From: a virus
Virus record (IMG/VR): IMGVR_UViG_3300043788_000023
Coordinates: 32,001 to 96,000 of that record
Reading direction: 5' to 3' (one strand)
Length of the DNA stretch: 64,000 nt
Position numbers and translations under genes: made by a program. Positions 8,934 through 18,408 of this stretch are shown piece after piece; position 1 is the first letter of the stretch; each line of letters opens with the position of its first letter. The notes beneath the pieces are model-generated. The model saw only the letters and a program-made list of their open reading frames with translations, did not search any database and had not been told where the DNA came from.

Positions 8934-10298
8934 TTACGCTATAGCTGCACGCTTCTTGTACGGCTTCCTCTGCTTGGGGGCACGCTGGTTCTTGAGAAAG
9001 CACTCGGCAAGCTGCTTGAGGCGAGCACGGCACCGGGAAAACTCTTGCTCGGTCACGCCCATGTACTCCGCTGCTTCCCCCATCGCCCCGCATGCTTCCA
9101 GCGCCTCTATCGCTGGAAACACGGTCGGGTCTTCCTTGCGCACGTACCGCTTGAATTCCCCCGTGTACAAGGCGTCATCGTGCTGCTTCTGCGCTCGCTC
9201 TGCTGCTGTGGACAAATGCTGCGAGTTTGAGTGAATGAATTCGTCGCTGCTGGTCGTCGGGTCTGCCTCGTCCAACGAGACGCCGAACGCAATGTTTCCG
9301 GGTCGGCACACAGGATTCTTCTGGCGCTTGCTCTGTACTGTATTGAACTTGTTGGCAAGGCAGAAATTGATGTAGTTACGGAAGCGACGTTCAGACGCAC
9401 CGTACTGTTGGTATGGATCAAACGTCTCAACCACATCTGCGCATCCCAGCGGTCGCCCGTTGGCACCCGGCGACCTATGCTTAGATGCTTGCGGGAGCCA
9501 CTTCATGTGGATCAACAAGTCCTGCGTCCAGTCTTCAACGTCCTCATCCACCACGAAGCGGTTGAGGCGTTTCTTCACCCAGTTGAGCACGTACTTGGGG
9601 TAGCGGTCGTAGAACTCGTCAAAGTTTCTCGGCACCACGAAGCCGTCGTCACCCACGAAATGACCATCCGCACTTTGCACGAACGGGTCACCCGTATAGT
9701 CAAAGTCAATCTTTTCCTCTTCAACCGCTTCGCCTGACACAGACACGGGTTCTGGCGCAGGTATCGGAGGAGGTGCGGGGAGTACTGCGACGGGCTGCGG
9801 AGTGGGTTGGACTACGACTTCAGGTTCGGCAATCTTCGCCTTCTTTTCCAAGATCGCTAGGCGACGTATCTCTTGTTCACGGAGCGCAAGCTCCATCGCA
9901 ACCGGGTCAACGGCAACTGCCCAGCCATTCGCTGCTACTCCGGTGATCGTTCCTACAATCGGGCGTCCCCACGGAGCCGCACCCTGCAAGGACTTCTTGC
10001 CGTCCCAAGCGACTACGGGAGCGCCAGTAAGATCATCGTTATCCGCAAGCACGACGTAACTTGGGACGACCTGCTTTTTCCAAGGGCGAAGGTTCTTGTA
10101 CAGAGTCCTCTCGGGTTCCTCGGACGGCTGGGGTCTCCGGGGTCCCGTCAGGTTATAGACGAGAGATATGAGTGCGGCGTCCCCGGAATGAAACTCGTGG
10201 GCGTCCGGGTATATGAACCGCAGGGTGACGCTTTTGTCGGGATTTTGGAGTGCATAGACTGGCACCGACTTCCCGCTGATGACATCCTCAGTAGACAT
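8934..10298 (-). CDS. Sigma-70-like transcription factor (C-terminal region 2 and region 4-like) with N-terminal extension
   Basis: DVEDWTQDLLIHM...FDP...RFRNYINFCLANK (region 2-like) and MGEAAEYMGVTEQEFSRCRARLKQ (region 4 HTH); GGAGG SD before ATG 10298. Confidence 0.55.
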   Translation of the reverse strand: MSTEDVISGKSVPVYALQNPDKSVTLRFIYPDAHEFHSGDAALISLVYNLTGPRRPQPSEEPERTLYKNLRPWKKQVVPSYVVLADNDDLTGAPVVAWDGKKSLQGAAPWGRPIVGTITGVAANGWAVAVDPVAMELALREQEIRRLAILEKKAKIAEPEVVVQPTPQPVAVLPAPPPIPAPEPVSVSGEAVEEEKIDFDYTGDPFVQSADGHFVGDDGFVVPRNFDEFYDRYPKYVLNWVKKRLNRFVVDEDVEDWTQDLLIHMKWLPQASKHRSPGANGRPLGCADVVETFDPYQQYGASERRFRNYINFCLANKFNTVQSKRQKNPVCRPGNIAFGVSLDEADPTTSSDEFIHSNSQHLSTAAERAQKQHDDALYTGEFKRYVRKEDPTVFPAIEALEACGAMGEAAEYMGVTEQEFSRCRARLKQLAECFLKNQRAPKQRKPYKKRAAIA

Positions 10299-10368
10299 AA
10301 TCCTCCGTAGACACGTCAACCACGCCGGGAGTCGGTGCCCACGGGTAGCGTGTGGAAAAGTGTGAAGC

Positions 10369-10569
10369 TTATTTCAATCCAAATGGGCGCAAAGTATCCC
10401 CGGCGAGAAGGGCTTCTTCTGCCTCGATGCGCTTCTTCAAGTCTACCATCATGGGGCACCTCTCGCCAAGACCACAAGTTGTGTCTTGAACATGGCTGGC
10501 ATAGAGGGCTTTCATGAGTTCGACTGCGCGGGGTCTTTGACGCTCGGATTGAATGATAGTTTTGGTCAT
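10369..10569 (-). CDS. Hypothetical protein, 66 aa
   Basis: Downstream of a TTGACA-17-TAATGT promoter; H..C....C motif. Confidence 0.5.
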   Translation of the reverse strand: MTKTIIQSERQRPRAVELMKALYASHVQDTTCGLGERCPMMVDLKKRIEAEEALLAGDTLRPFGLK

Positions 10570-10591
10570 CAGTCCGTACCTTGAGATAGCT

Positions 10592-10620
10592 ACATTACAG
10601 TAGATGCTGGGGGATGTCAA
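10592..10620 (-). promoter_or_regulatory. Sigma70-type promoter
   Basis: Minus strand TTGACA-17 nt-TAATGT, upstream of 10569 and the sigma-like/MTase genes. Confidence 0.55.
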
Positions 10621-10632
10621 CTGGTTGCAGGA

Positions 10633-10908
10633 TTAAATCTTTTTGTTGAGGCCTTCTACTTCGGGTGCTGCACACTCAATGACGGGTTCCAAGGCTTCTA
10701 TCTTAGCATAGGGGGAGGAACCGTTTGCTGCTGCGGCGTTTGCGAAGGGGAGGACGAACTCGGCGTCACGGAGCCTGCGTTTGATCGTTGTAGCTGGGAG
10801 GCTGGCGATGGTCTCGGACAACTCGGCTACCGCCGCTGAAAGGGCTTCACGGCAAGCTGCCGCTGTAATGCAGACGTTGGGGATCGGTGCTTCTTTTCCG
10901 ACTGCCAT
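10633..10908 (-). CDS. Hypothetical protein, 91 aa
   Basis: TAATG coupling to the upstream gene. Confidence 0.55.
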   Translation of the reverse strand: MAVGKEAPIPNVCITAAACREALSAAVAELSETIASLPATTIKRRLRDAEFVLPFANAAAANGSSPYAKIEALEPVIECAAPEVEGLNKKI

Positions 10909-11306
10909 TACTTTTTACCCCCGAGGACAGAGATCAACTGCTGGAGGATGCTCTGGAAGTTGACCATGATGGAGTTCTGGTTAGCCATGAGGACATCTTG
11001 CTTGGTAGCCATCTCACGTACCAGCCCAAGTTCTTCGGCGGCGACTTCAGCTTGGTGGTGGATCGCCTCGGCAAGCTGGTGAACGCTCTGAGCGAGTTCA
11101 CGCTGCGCCTGCACTTGGCTTTCAAGGTGGGCTTTCAGTTCGGCATTGCTGTCATTGATCGCCTTGGTGTTGGCTTCAAGTTGACGATTCGTGTTGTTGT
11201 TTTGGATTGAGTTCCAGATGAAAAGCCCTGCACACAGGATCACAGCCCCGGCTGAGGGACCGAATTCCTTGATGAGTTCAACTGGTTCGGCTTGGAATAA
11301 TAGCAT
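10908..11306 (-). CDS. Membrane-anchored coiled-coil protein (holin/spanin-like?)
   Basis: N-terminal TM segment (AGAVILCAGLFIW) followed by a long coiled coil. Confidence 0.5.
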   Translation of the reverse strand: MLLFQAEPVELIKEFGPSAGAVILCAGLFIWNSIQNNNTNRQLEANTKAINDSNAELKAHLESQVQAQRELAQSVHQLAEAIHHQAEVAAEELGLVREMATKQDVLMANQNSIMVNFQSILQQLISVLGGKK

Positions 11307-11515
11307 CAGCTTCCCTTGAGTGCGTTTGCTTCAGCTTTGATCTTAGCTGCGGCAACAAGGGCATCCGCGAGTACGAGGGCGGCGGCTAGTGTAGCGTCAG
11401 CTTTGATTTCTGCCTTAATCTTTTCCGGCATGGCGCTCATCCTAAAGTGCTGGACGATTGTCGTGATCAGCGCGACGACTGCTGTTACGCCCGCTATTAG
11501 GGTGTCGTAAGTCAT
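11306..11515 (-). CDS. Small membrane protein (alternative start 11548)
   Basis: TM segment LIAGVTAVVALITTIV and Ala-rich helix. Confidence 0.5.
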   Translation of the reverse strand: MTYDTLIAGVTAVVALITTIVQHFRMSAMPEKIKAEIKADATLAAALVLADALVAAAKIKAEANALKGS

Positions 11516-11581
11516 AGGTTTTCCACCTGAACGAGGCAGAACACACATGACCCGCTACAAATGGGACGCGTAGCACGGGAA

Positions 11582-13726
11582 TTACCTTCTTCCCCGCCTG
11601 CTCCAAGGGCTTACAGGGTTGGCTCCAGAGTAAGAAGCGTTGTGTTGTTGGGCTTTTTTGAGCTTCTCCATGATCTTCAAGACCTGCATGGGAATGCCGT
11701 CCATGCCGATTAGCGGAACCGGGGGCTTGGTAGCTTGGGACTGCATGAGCAGGCTGAGACCGGAGGGGTCCATCATCTGACCCTGTTCCAGCAACCAGCG
11801 CTGGGCGAGGAAGGCGCAGAGCATGGCAGCGTCCGCCATGTCGTCGTGAGCACCCTTTTCCTGTGGTGCCGCGACACGGATGCGGTACTTGGCGGCGACC
11901 TCAAGTTCAACAAGCTTCAGTTCTTGGATGAACTTTGGCACGTAGGGGAAAGAGCAACGTTCGGACTCAATATAACCACGCAGGGCGTACGCCATTTGCG
12001 AGTTGATCGCGGGTGTCAAGTTGACCAATTCAAAGTTCCTGATCTTCTTCAGTTCAAGAAGCTGGACAAGCTGCTGACCTCCGTGTTGGTCGGTTGCACC
12101 CTTGAAGCACGGAAGAATCTTGTTCATCTCATCCATCCACGCAAGGATGTCCTCAAGCGGGAGAACTTGGTAGTTGGAGTACTTGCCTTGCCCGATGCCC
12201 TGCTTGACGCCGGGCCACACACCATCTTCGCCGACCATCATGCGGTCAATGTAGTCGTACACCAGTTTGATCGTGCCGCCAGGTCCGCCAGGTTCAAGGT
12301 GGGCGATAGCGAGCGCCGATGCGTCATTGGTCATGCCAAGGTCAAAGCCCCAGAAGTAGTTCCTACCGACCTGTATCTGGGAGAAACGCTCAAGGTTGAG
12401 GCGTGCGCTGCTCATAACAGGCAAGCCCTTTTCGTCCCACTGGCAGTCAGTACACTTCTTGACGGAAGCCTCGGTCACGTACGATTCAGACGACTCAAGG
12501 AACTTGCCGCCGTACTCAGCCCTGAACGTGAGCGGGTTCTTCTTGTACTCGGACTTGAGGAACTTTGAGAGCAGCTTCGGGTTCATCTCAGCGCTTGGGC
12601 AGTTGAGTGTGAAGATCGGAGAGTCAGTCTTCATGCCTTCTTCCAGCGCCAGCTTGTGAAGCTCGTACATCTTACCGATCCTCTTCAGGGGCGAAGAGAT
12701 TGACAGAATCATGGAGTCTTGAATACCCACAGCCTCATTCTCGCCTTCAAATTCAAGGTTAGGCTCGGTGCCTTCCGCTTCTTCAAAGCGCACGTTGGAA
12801 TCTCCACCGAAGTCAGTGCCCATCGGCTGCTCGGGAAGATCGCTAGACTTCACTTCTTTTTCGTGGTGGAAGTCTGCGGTTGACGGTGAGGCGGCGGCGT
12901 ACATGTCGTCCGACGTTGATCCCTTTGCTGAACGGAAGTGAGCGAACTCGTCAAGCGCAAGGAAGATGGACGACGGCGAACGCACGGCGTTCGTGGTGCA
13001 AGGTAAGCACGACACGGTAACCGTGGGCGTGGACTCCTGCTTCTCACGGTCAGAGAGTGTGACGAATGCCAAGTCCTTCGCGTTGGTGTCCTTCAGGTAC
13101 GGGGCGAAGAAACTCTCAGCCTTGAGCACCTGTTCACGAAGCTTTTTGAATAGACGGTGAGCACCGTTCTCGTCCTGCGCAAGGAAGGTGAAGTCAATGA
13201 TGGAGCCGGGAAACAGACCGAAGTGCTCCTGTGGGGAGCGGATGTTGAGCAGCAGATACAGCTTGTACGCAGCAATAGCGGCAACCAATTCCGATTTGCC
13301 GCCACGGCGTCCGGCGAAGATGCAAGCCTCGTTGAAGCCCGCTTCTCCGGGTATGCCCCCCATGTTGGGAATCTCACGCCAGTCGTTGACGTTGCAGCGC
13401 TGCTCGTTGTAGGCGATGTGAAGGTACTCTTCCTCGGTCACATCGGCGTGTTTCTTCTTCTCACGGTACACGTCGTACATCGGTACCATGCCCCAGCCGG
13501 GGATGCGGGTCGCCCAGTCAGGCTTGTAGTCAAAAGGGACGCCGTAGATGCACTTGACGATGACCCGCTGCACGGGACGCAGAACGATGCCGATACCGCC
13601 CGGACCCTCAATGAAATCAATGGCATTTTGCAGCTTTGATGGGTCTTCAATACTCGCAGCGATAGCCTGCCCGAAGACGGAGTCTTTGGCGGATTTGCCG
13701 AAACGTTTGTTCCTAGAGATAGCCAT
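11582..13726 (-). CDS. terL: Terminase large subunit
   Basis: Adenine-binding LRPVQ, Walker A GRRGGKS, Walker B FLALDEFAH, motif III SISSP, RNase H-like nuclease GFDLG..D and HDDMADA. Confidence 0.9.
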   Translation of the reverse strand: MAISRNKRFGKSAKDSVFGQAIAASIEDPSKLQNAIDFIEGPGGIGIVLRPVQRVIVKCIYGVPFDYKPDWATRIPGWGMVPMYDVYREKKKHADVTEEEYLHIAYNEQRCNVNDWREIPNMGGIPGEAGFNEACIFAGRRGGKSELVAAIAAYKLYLLLNIRSPQEHFGLFPGSIIDFTFLAQDENGAHRLFKKLREQVLKAESFFAPYLKDTNAKDLAFVTLSDREKQESTPTVTVSCLPCTTNAVRSPSSIFLALDEFAHFRSAKGSTSDDMYAAASPSTADFHHEKEVKSSDLPEQPMGTDFGGDSNVRFEEAEGTEPNLEFEGENEAVGIQDSMILSISSPLKRIGKMYELHKLALEEGMKTDSPIFTLNCPSAEMNPKLLSKFLKSEYKKNPLTFRAEYGGKFLESSESYVTEASVKKCTDCQWDEKGLPVMSSARLNLERFSQIQVGRNYFWGFDLGMTNDASALAIAHLEPGGPGGTIKLVYDYIDRMMVGEDGVWPGVKQGIGQGKYSNYQVLPLEDILAWMDEMNKILPCFKGATDQHGGQQLVQLLELKKIRNFELVNLTPAINSQMAYALRGYIESERCSFPYVPKFIQELKLVELEVAAKYRIRVAAPQEKGAHDDMADAAMLCAFLAQRWLLEQGQMMDPSGLSLLMQSQATKPPVPLIGMDGIPMQVLKIMEKLKKAQQHNASYSGANPVSPWSRRGRR

Positions 13727-13924
13727 GTCTACTAAAAGGCTTGAAAATTGGGGTTTTTAGAAGAAGGAGGTGGGGCTGCGGCGTAGATTAGGTGCGCAGC
13801 CCCTTTTATCGACCGCCACGGGGTAGAGGTGCCGCATGGCGACCCATATCTCAAATTGGAGCGCCGCGTTGCTTGTGTGCGCCACAGGAAGCTCCTAGAA
13901 AGCCGCCAGCAGCCGCAGCGCATG

Positions 13925-14185
13925 TTAGTGCATCAAGAGAAGGGCAACTACTGCGCCCAGAGTCCATCCCAGCCAGTCCGTGAGGTTATCAAGGAAAGTC
14001 TGCGGTGGGTTCTTCTCGTACTTCGCATCGTACCAAAATTCTTTGACGGCGGCAAGTAGCGCTACGATGACGGTCGTGAACAAATGATGCGGCGTGTGTT
14101 CAACGATCAAGGCGGCGACACCGAAGTGCGCCCAGAAAGCTACGAACTGAATGTTCTGCCCCGCCTTCGCAATCCAAGACGCCAT
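13925..14185 (-). CDS. Small membrane protein
   Basis: Three hydrophobic segments with H, KE.WYD and D..G motifs. Confidence 0.6.
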   Translation of the reverse strand: MASWIAKAGQNIQFVAFWAHFGVAALIVEHTPHHLFTTVIVALLAAVKEFWYDAKYEKNPPQTFLDNLTDWLGWTLGAVVALLLMH

Positions 14186-14188
14186 AGG

Positions 14189-14545
14189 TTACCGTCCGTT
14201 GCCCAGTTTGCCAAGCACTGAAGCGACGTGTGCTTGCGCATCGGCGAATTCTGTGTCCCAGCTTGACTCACGCACGACGGCTTGCTTGCGACCAAATCCA
14301 TCAACGTGGCGGATCATGCCCCCAGTGCGCATCGTGCGTGTCGGGGACTCATTCTGATCTTGAAAGGACATCGGGTCTTCAAGCCAAAGCTCAACGACCG
14401 CTTCTTCCTCTTCAGAACTGACAGCGGACTCAAGGAAGTTATCAGCCTCGTCCACCACGTCTTTCCAGTGACGAAACTCAACGGGGTGACCGTCAGCGAC
14501 GGCTCCGGTCTTAACGAAGCCGGAACCTGTGATGCGAACGATCAT
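14189..14545 (-). CDS. Hypothetical protein
   Basis: 118 aa, coupled to neighbours; VKTG motif near N-terminus. Confidence 0.6.
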   Translation of the reverse strand: MIVRITGSGFVKTGAVADGHPVEFRHWKDVVDEADNFLESAVSSEEEEAVVELWLEDPMSFQDQNESPTRTMRTGGMIRHVDGFGRKQAVVRESSWDTEFADAQAHVASVLGKLGNGR

Positions 14546-14841
14546 ACGCGGGTCTCAAGCTCCTTGATGATCTCCTCAAGGGTGAACTGCGCCTTGTAGG
14601 GCATCTCGGACTGAATCTTGCGAGCCTCAGCATTGATCTGCGTCAGAACCTCACGGACGATCTTGTCCACGAGCGGCTTGAACTCGGGGTAGCGCTGCAA
14701 TCCCATTAGCGGCTTGCTTTGTTCAGACGTCTCCAAGCCCTCTGGTGCCTCGGAAGAGTAATCCGCCTGCTTGGTGTGGCGAGCGATTGCCTTCTCGGCT
14801 TGTTTGCGGATTATCTCCGCCCGTGCTGTCAGGTCTGCCAT
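14542..14841 (-). CDS. Hypothetical protein (KxA-linker family)
   Basis: 99 aa; TKQA|DY linker. Confidence 0.6.
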   Translation of the reverse strand: MADLTARAEIIRKQAEKAIARHTKQADYSSEAPEGLETSEQSKPLMGLQRYPEFKPLVDKIVREVLTQINAEARKIQSEMPYKAQFTLEEIIKELETRV

Positions 14842-14842
14842 G

Positions 14843-17800
14843 TTACTCCCTTGTACCGCAGACGAACTTGTACTTCATAACCAGAGAATCGGTGTCAATC
14901 GTTTCCGGGCGAACGAACACTTCGTACACGAATCCGCCCTCCGGGTTGTCGTTCCACACCGCAGCTTGCGCCCAAGCTTCGTTGATCGCAGCCTTGATGT
15001 CGCCGTCGTTGAGCTTGTCCATCAGCCACTTGACACGACCGCCCTGCGTGGTCTGACCCGGAGGCAGGATCGCTCCAGTGCCCTGTTCAATGATGTCAAG
15101 TTGAAGCTCGCCCATGCCCGGCACCTTGTCAAGCAGCGGGCGTGTCGTGACCTTGAACGCTGCCACGAGTGTGGCTGCGATCTCACCGCAAACCTTCTTG
15201 AGGAACAGAGCGAACTGTTTCGTCTCGTCGCCCTCGGCCGCCGTCTTGGATGCTACTGCCATCGCAGCGCCGGGGATGCCCTCGTACTGACCGTAGAATT
15301 CGTCCGTGAACATCGCACCACGGATGTCGTTCTCCTTGCGGAGAGGCGCACCTTCCAGAACTTCAGGCTTGCCGTCACGTCCGATGCCCATTCCGCTTGC
15401 GGGTGATGTGGATGAATAGTCTGCCGCTGCCATGGCGAGAGGTTCAACTTCGCCAACGTCAGCAGGAAGCTGAATCATCTCAACGATGTTGGTGTCAAGA
15501 GCTTCGTCAAGAATGCCCTCAAGTTCGTGACCGCCGTCGCCGACGATCTCAGGTGCCCCAGCGCCACTCATCGGCTGGTTGGTTGCGTTCGGATAGTCCA
15601 CGATCTCGTGCTGGATTTCCGGGTAGAATTCCTTCACCACTTGTCCGGGGAAGAAGAAATTGAAGCCTGCTTCCTTCTCAACCTGTTCTTCTGTCTTTGC
15701 CATACCGTCTCCTGCCTTTTTCACGCCGCTGCCTCCCGCCATATAGGCTTCCTCGTCCCAGCGCATGCCGTACTGTGCGAGGATTCGTTCGGACTCTGCC
15801 CGGTCAGGACCGCCCATGACGTTGACCATGGGGTCGGGCATCTTCATCGTTTGGATCGCGATCTGAAGTTGGTGCCACTCAGGGCTGCCCTTTTGGGGCA
15901 TGCTCTTTGCCGAAGTGACACGAACGGTCGTGTTCTTGAGGGAGGATTGTACCTGCTCAAACTCCTCAAACTTCTTGCCCTTGGTCCCAGCGCCCAGCGT
16001 GTCGTAGAACATGTAGGTGTCGCTTTCGGGCGTGTAGTCCACCTGCAAATTCAAGGCTGCTGCAATGTCCATCATGAACGACGGAAGCTGTTGTTCAAAG
16101 GAGTCCATGTAGCCCTGCGGGTTCTTCCTCTTCAACTCTTGGAAGTGATCGTTGAGCTTGTTCGCAACCACTTCTGGGGTGAGCGGGTTCTTCGCATCAG
16201 CATTGATACGTGTCTCAACAGAGAAGGCTACCTTGCCAACCTTGTATGCCTTCTTGACGGATGCGCTGTACATCTTGTTCGCGGGCCAAGTCTCAAAGCG
16301 AATCGCCGGGTATCCGTTGACCTCACCACGCATTGCCCACGTGAAGTCCTTGGTATTGTGCTCCGGGTCCAGTGTCGGGTAGTGCTCACGGGCTTCTTCG
16401 AGATTTGAGAACACCTCGTAGCCCTTATCACCGACAACTTCCACAAGCATCTCGTAAGACCAGCCCTTCCACTCCGCAGTCTTGACGGAAGCCTTGAGGC
16501 TCCAGCGCATCTGCTTGTGTGCGAGCACGCCTTCTTTCAGAAGCTCGTTGAGGATCGGCCAAGAAAGGTTGGTGTACTTGCCACCACCGAGTGCCTTCTC
16601 AATCTCACCTGTGGTCTTCGCACCGTGACTGAGAATCTCCAGCACAAGGTTGCGCTTCGCCGGGTCGGCTGCTGCCTTCTTTGACTCTTTCCTGAACTGA
16701 ATTTCAATGGACTCACTTGAAGTGCCCGGCTGAACTTCAGTTGCTCCTTGAGCGCAAGCATCGAACAAAGCATTGGATGCCGCTTCGCCCTTATGCTTCC
16801 TCATGATCTGTTTCACCAGACGGTCGTAGGACCCCTGATCCATCAACTTCCAGTAGCGAAGTTCTTGACCGCCAAACGCCCCCTTCGGATTGTGGTAGCC
16901 TTTGACCAGCACTTGACCTTCGGGAATTCCCGGCAGCGCTCTCTGGTGCCGCATGGTAGTTACCGAGTTGACAGGCTTCTTTGGCTCACGGGCACGCATA
17001 CGATCCTGTTTTTCCTGCACGGACTCAACCTGACCCATGTCAATCTCTGCTGTCTTGATGGCAGCCTTCTTTGACGATTTCTTTTGGTCGGAGTTCCACC
17101 CGCACTTGCACTGGTAGGACTCTTCGTGATTTGACTTCGTCGCTTCCTTGCCGCAGCGTGGGCACTTCATTGAGAAGCCGCCTGCGGTCTTGCCAAATTT
17201 CGTAGAAGCGTTCTTGATGAAGGTACTTGCTTCCTTGAACGTAGAGAACGAAGCCTGACGCTGCGTTCCACGGAATGTGAATCCCACATGGAACTGCGGT
17301 CCTTCAAGGTCTGTACCGCCGAACATACCGCCGCCCTGACCGGATGTGATCTTGCTGTCATCCTCACCACCGATGGGTTCGGCAGCTTTCTTAGCGCCGA
17401 CGTTGATGATGATCTGTGTGCCGGGCTTTGCGGAAACCTCAGTCGCCGGAGCCTCGCCGTTGAGCTTGGCTTCCGATTGCTCCACCGCATGATTGACCTG
17501 ATCTTGCTTGACGTCAATAGGCTTGCCAACTTCCATCTCCGCCTGTGTCTCAATTGCCTCACGGATCGCGTTCACGTTCTGGCGCTCCGGGGACTTGATG
17601 CCGCCATCAGTCACGGGGACGCCGCTCTCCTCGTGTTGGTTCGCATTGAGTTCGTCGTTGGAGGCTCCTGCTTCCGGTCCCTCAATGTGGGCTTGACCGT
17701 ACGCGTTCTCAATCGGCTCCATCATCTTGGAAAGTTCGCCGTCGCTGTGTATCAGTTCTGCCGCCAAGATGTGAACCGTCTCGCTCCAGTTCTCGTCAGC

Positions 17801-18400
17801 AAACTTAATCTTGGCTGAACTTGTCTTTGAGGAGGCTGCTTCCCCGATCTCGGCTTCGTACGGCTTCTCGTAGTGGGGCAGTCCCAGCGCCGTCAAGTGC
17901 TTGCACTTGCGGTGACCGATCCAACCAGGGCAGTCGCAGCCCCAGTAGCGCCTGCTCTTGTTCTGCGCGATGGTGTAGAGCCTTCCCGAAGACTCGGACT
18001 TGATGTAAAAGCGGTTCGTCCAGTTGGTGTTGTCGGGCAGCAGTTGTCCATCAAACTCACGACCGTTGATGACTATGGCTGCCGGGTTGAACGGCGTGTC
18101 GTCCGTGGTCTTCGGCGGTTTCCTAGCACGTGGCGGTTTGCCCTCGGATTGAGATCGTGGCGTTTGGTACTGTTCCTTAGGCTGATACGACGGAGCGGGG
18201 GCTTTCTTCTCCGCTGCTGGCTGGGACGAGGCTGACGGGACGGCGATGTTGAGGGGCTTCATGCCAGCAGAGACACGCATCTCATTGAGGGCGTCAATCT
18301 CTTCCTGCTCGACCGGGTGTCCTTCAGTGAGCTTCCACATCAGCGTCTTCGTGAAGACGGTGATTGCCTTGCTCATGTCCGCTATTTTGTGCTGGCTCAT
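14843..18400 (-). CDS. Large multi-module protein (SWIM Zn finger, Zn ribbon, wHTH), putative head polyprotein
   Basis: WGCDCPGW..HRKCKH (SWIM); KCPRCG..YQCKCG; NLVLEILSHGAKTTGEIEKALG..ILNELLKEGVL (wHTH). Modules separated by KIA, KFA, KKA, KTA, KEA linkers. Confidence 0.7.
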   Translation of the reverse strand: MSQHKIADMSKAITVFTKTLMWKLTEGHPVEQEEIDALNEMRVSAGMKPLNIAVPSASSQPAAEKKAPAPSYQPKEQYQTPRSQSEGKPPRARKPPKTTDDTPFNPAAIVINGREFDGQLLPDNTNWTNRFYIKSESSGRLYTIAQNKSRRYWGCDCPGWIGHRKCKHLTALGLPHYEKPYEAEIGEAASSKTSSAKIKFADENWSETVHILAAELIHSDGELSKMMEPIENAYGQAHIEGPEAGASNDELNANQHEESGVPVTDGGIKSPERQNVNAIREAIETQAEMEVGKPIDVKQDQVNHAVEQSEAKLNGEAPATEVSAKPGTQIIINVGAKKAAEPIGGEDDSKITSGQGGGMFGGTDLEGPQFHVGFTFRGTQRQASFSTFKEASTFIKNASTKFGKTAGGFSMKCPRCGKEATKSNHEESYQCKCGWNSDQKKSSKKAAIKTAEIDMGQVESVQEKQDRMRAREPKKPVNSVTTMRHQRALPGIPEGQVLVKGYHNPKGAFGGQELRYWKLMDQGSYDRLVKQIMRKHKGEAASNALFDACAQGATEVQPGTSSESIEIQFRKESKKAAADPAKRNLVLEILSHGAKTTGEIEKALGGGKYTNLSWPILNELLKEGVLAHKQMRWSLKASVKTAEWKGWSYEMLVEVVGDKGYEVFSNLEEAREHYPTLDPEHNTKDFTWAMRGEVNGYPAIRFETWPANKMYSASVKKAYKVGKVAFSVETRINADAKNPLTPEVVANKLNDHFQELKRKNPQGYMDSFEQQLPSFMMDIAAALNLQVDYTPESDTYMFYDTLGAGTKGKKFEEFEQVQSSLKNTTVRVTSAKSMPQKGSPEWHQLQIAIQTMKMPDPMVNVMGGPDRAESERILAQYGMRWDEEAYMAGGSGVKKAGDGMAKTEEQVEKEAGFNFFFPGQVVKEFYPEIQHEIVDYPNATNQPMSGAGAPEIVGDGGHELEGILDEALDTNIVEMIQLPADVGEVEPLAMAAADYSSTSPASGMGIGRDGKPEVLEGAPLRKENDIRGAMFTDEFYGQYEGIPGAAMAVASKTAAEGDETKQFALFLKKVCGEIAATLVAAFKVTTRPLLDKVPGMGELQLDIIEQGTGAILPPGQTTQGGRVKWLMDKLNDGDIKAAINEAWAQAAVWNDNPEGGFVYEVFVRPETIDTDSLVMKYKFVCGTRE

Positions 18401-18408
18401 GGTTCCCC

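Noticed and set aside
12730-12870. Possible intein in the terminase
   Set aside because: Too short and lacks the C/S1 and terminal HN-C/S/T signatures.
13732-13923. 63-aa ORF between the membrane gene and terL
   Set aside because: No convincing SD or protein features, and it overlaps the terL upstream motif; left uncalled.
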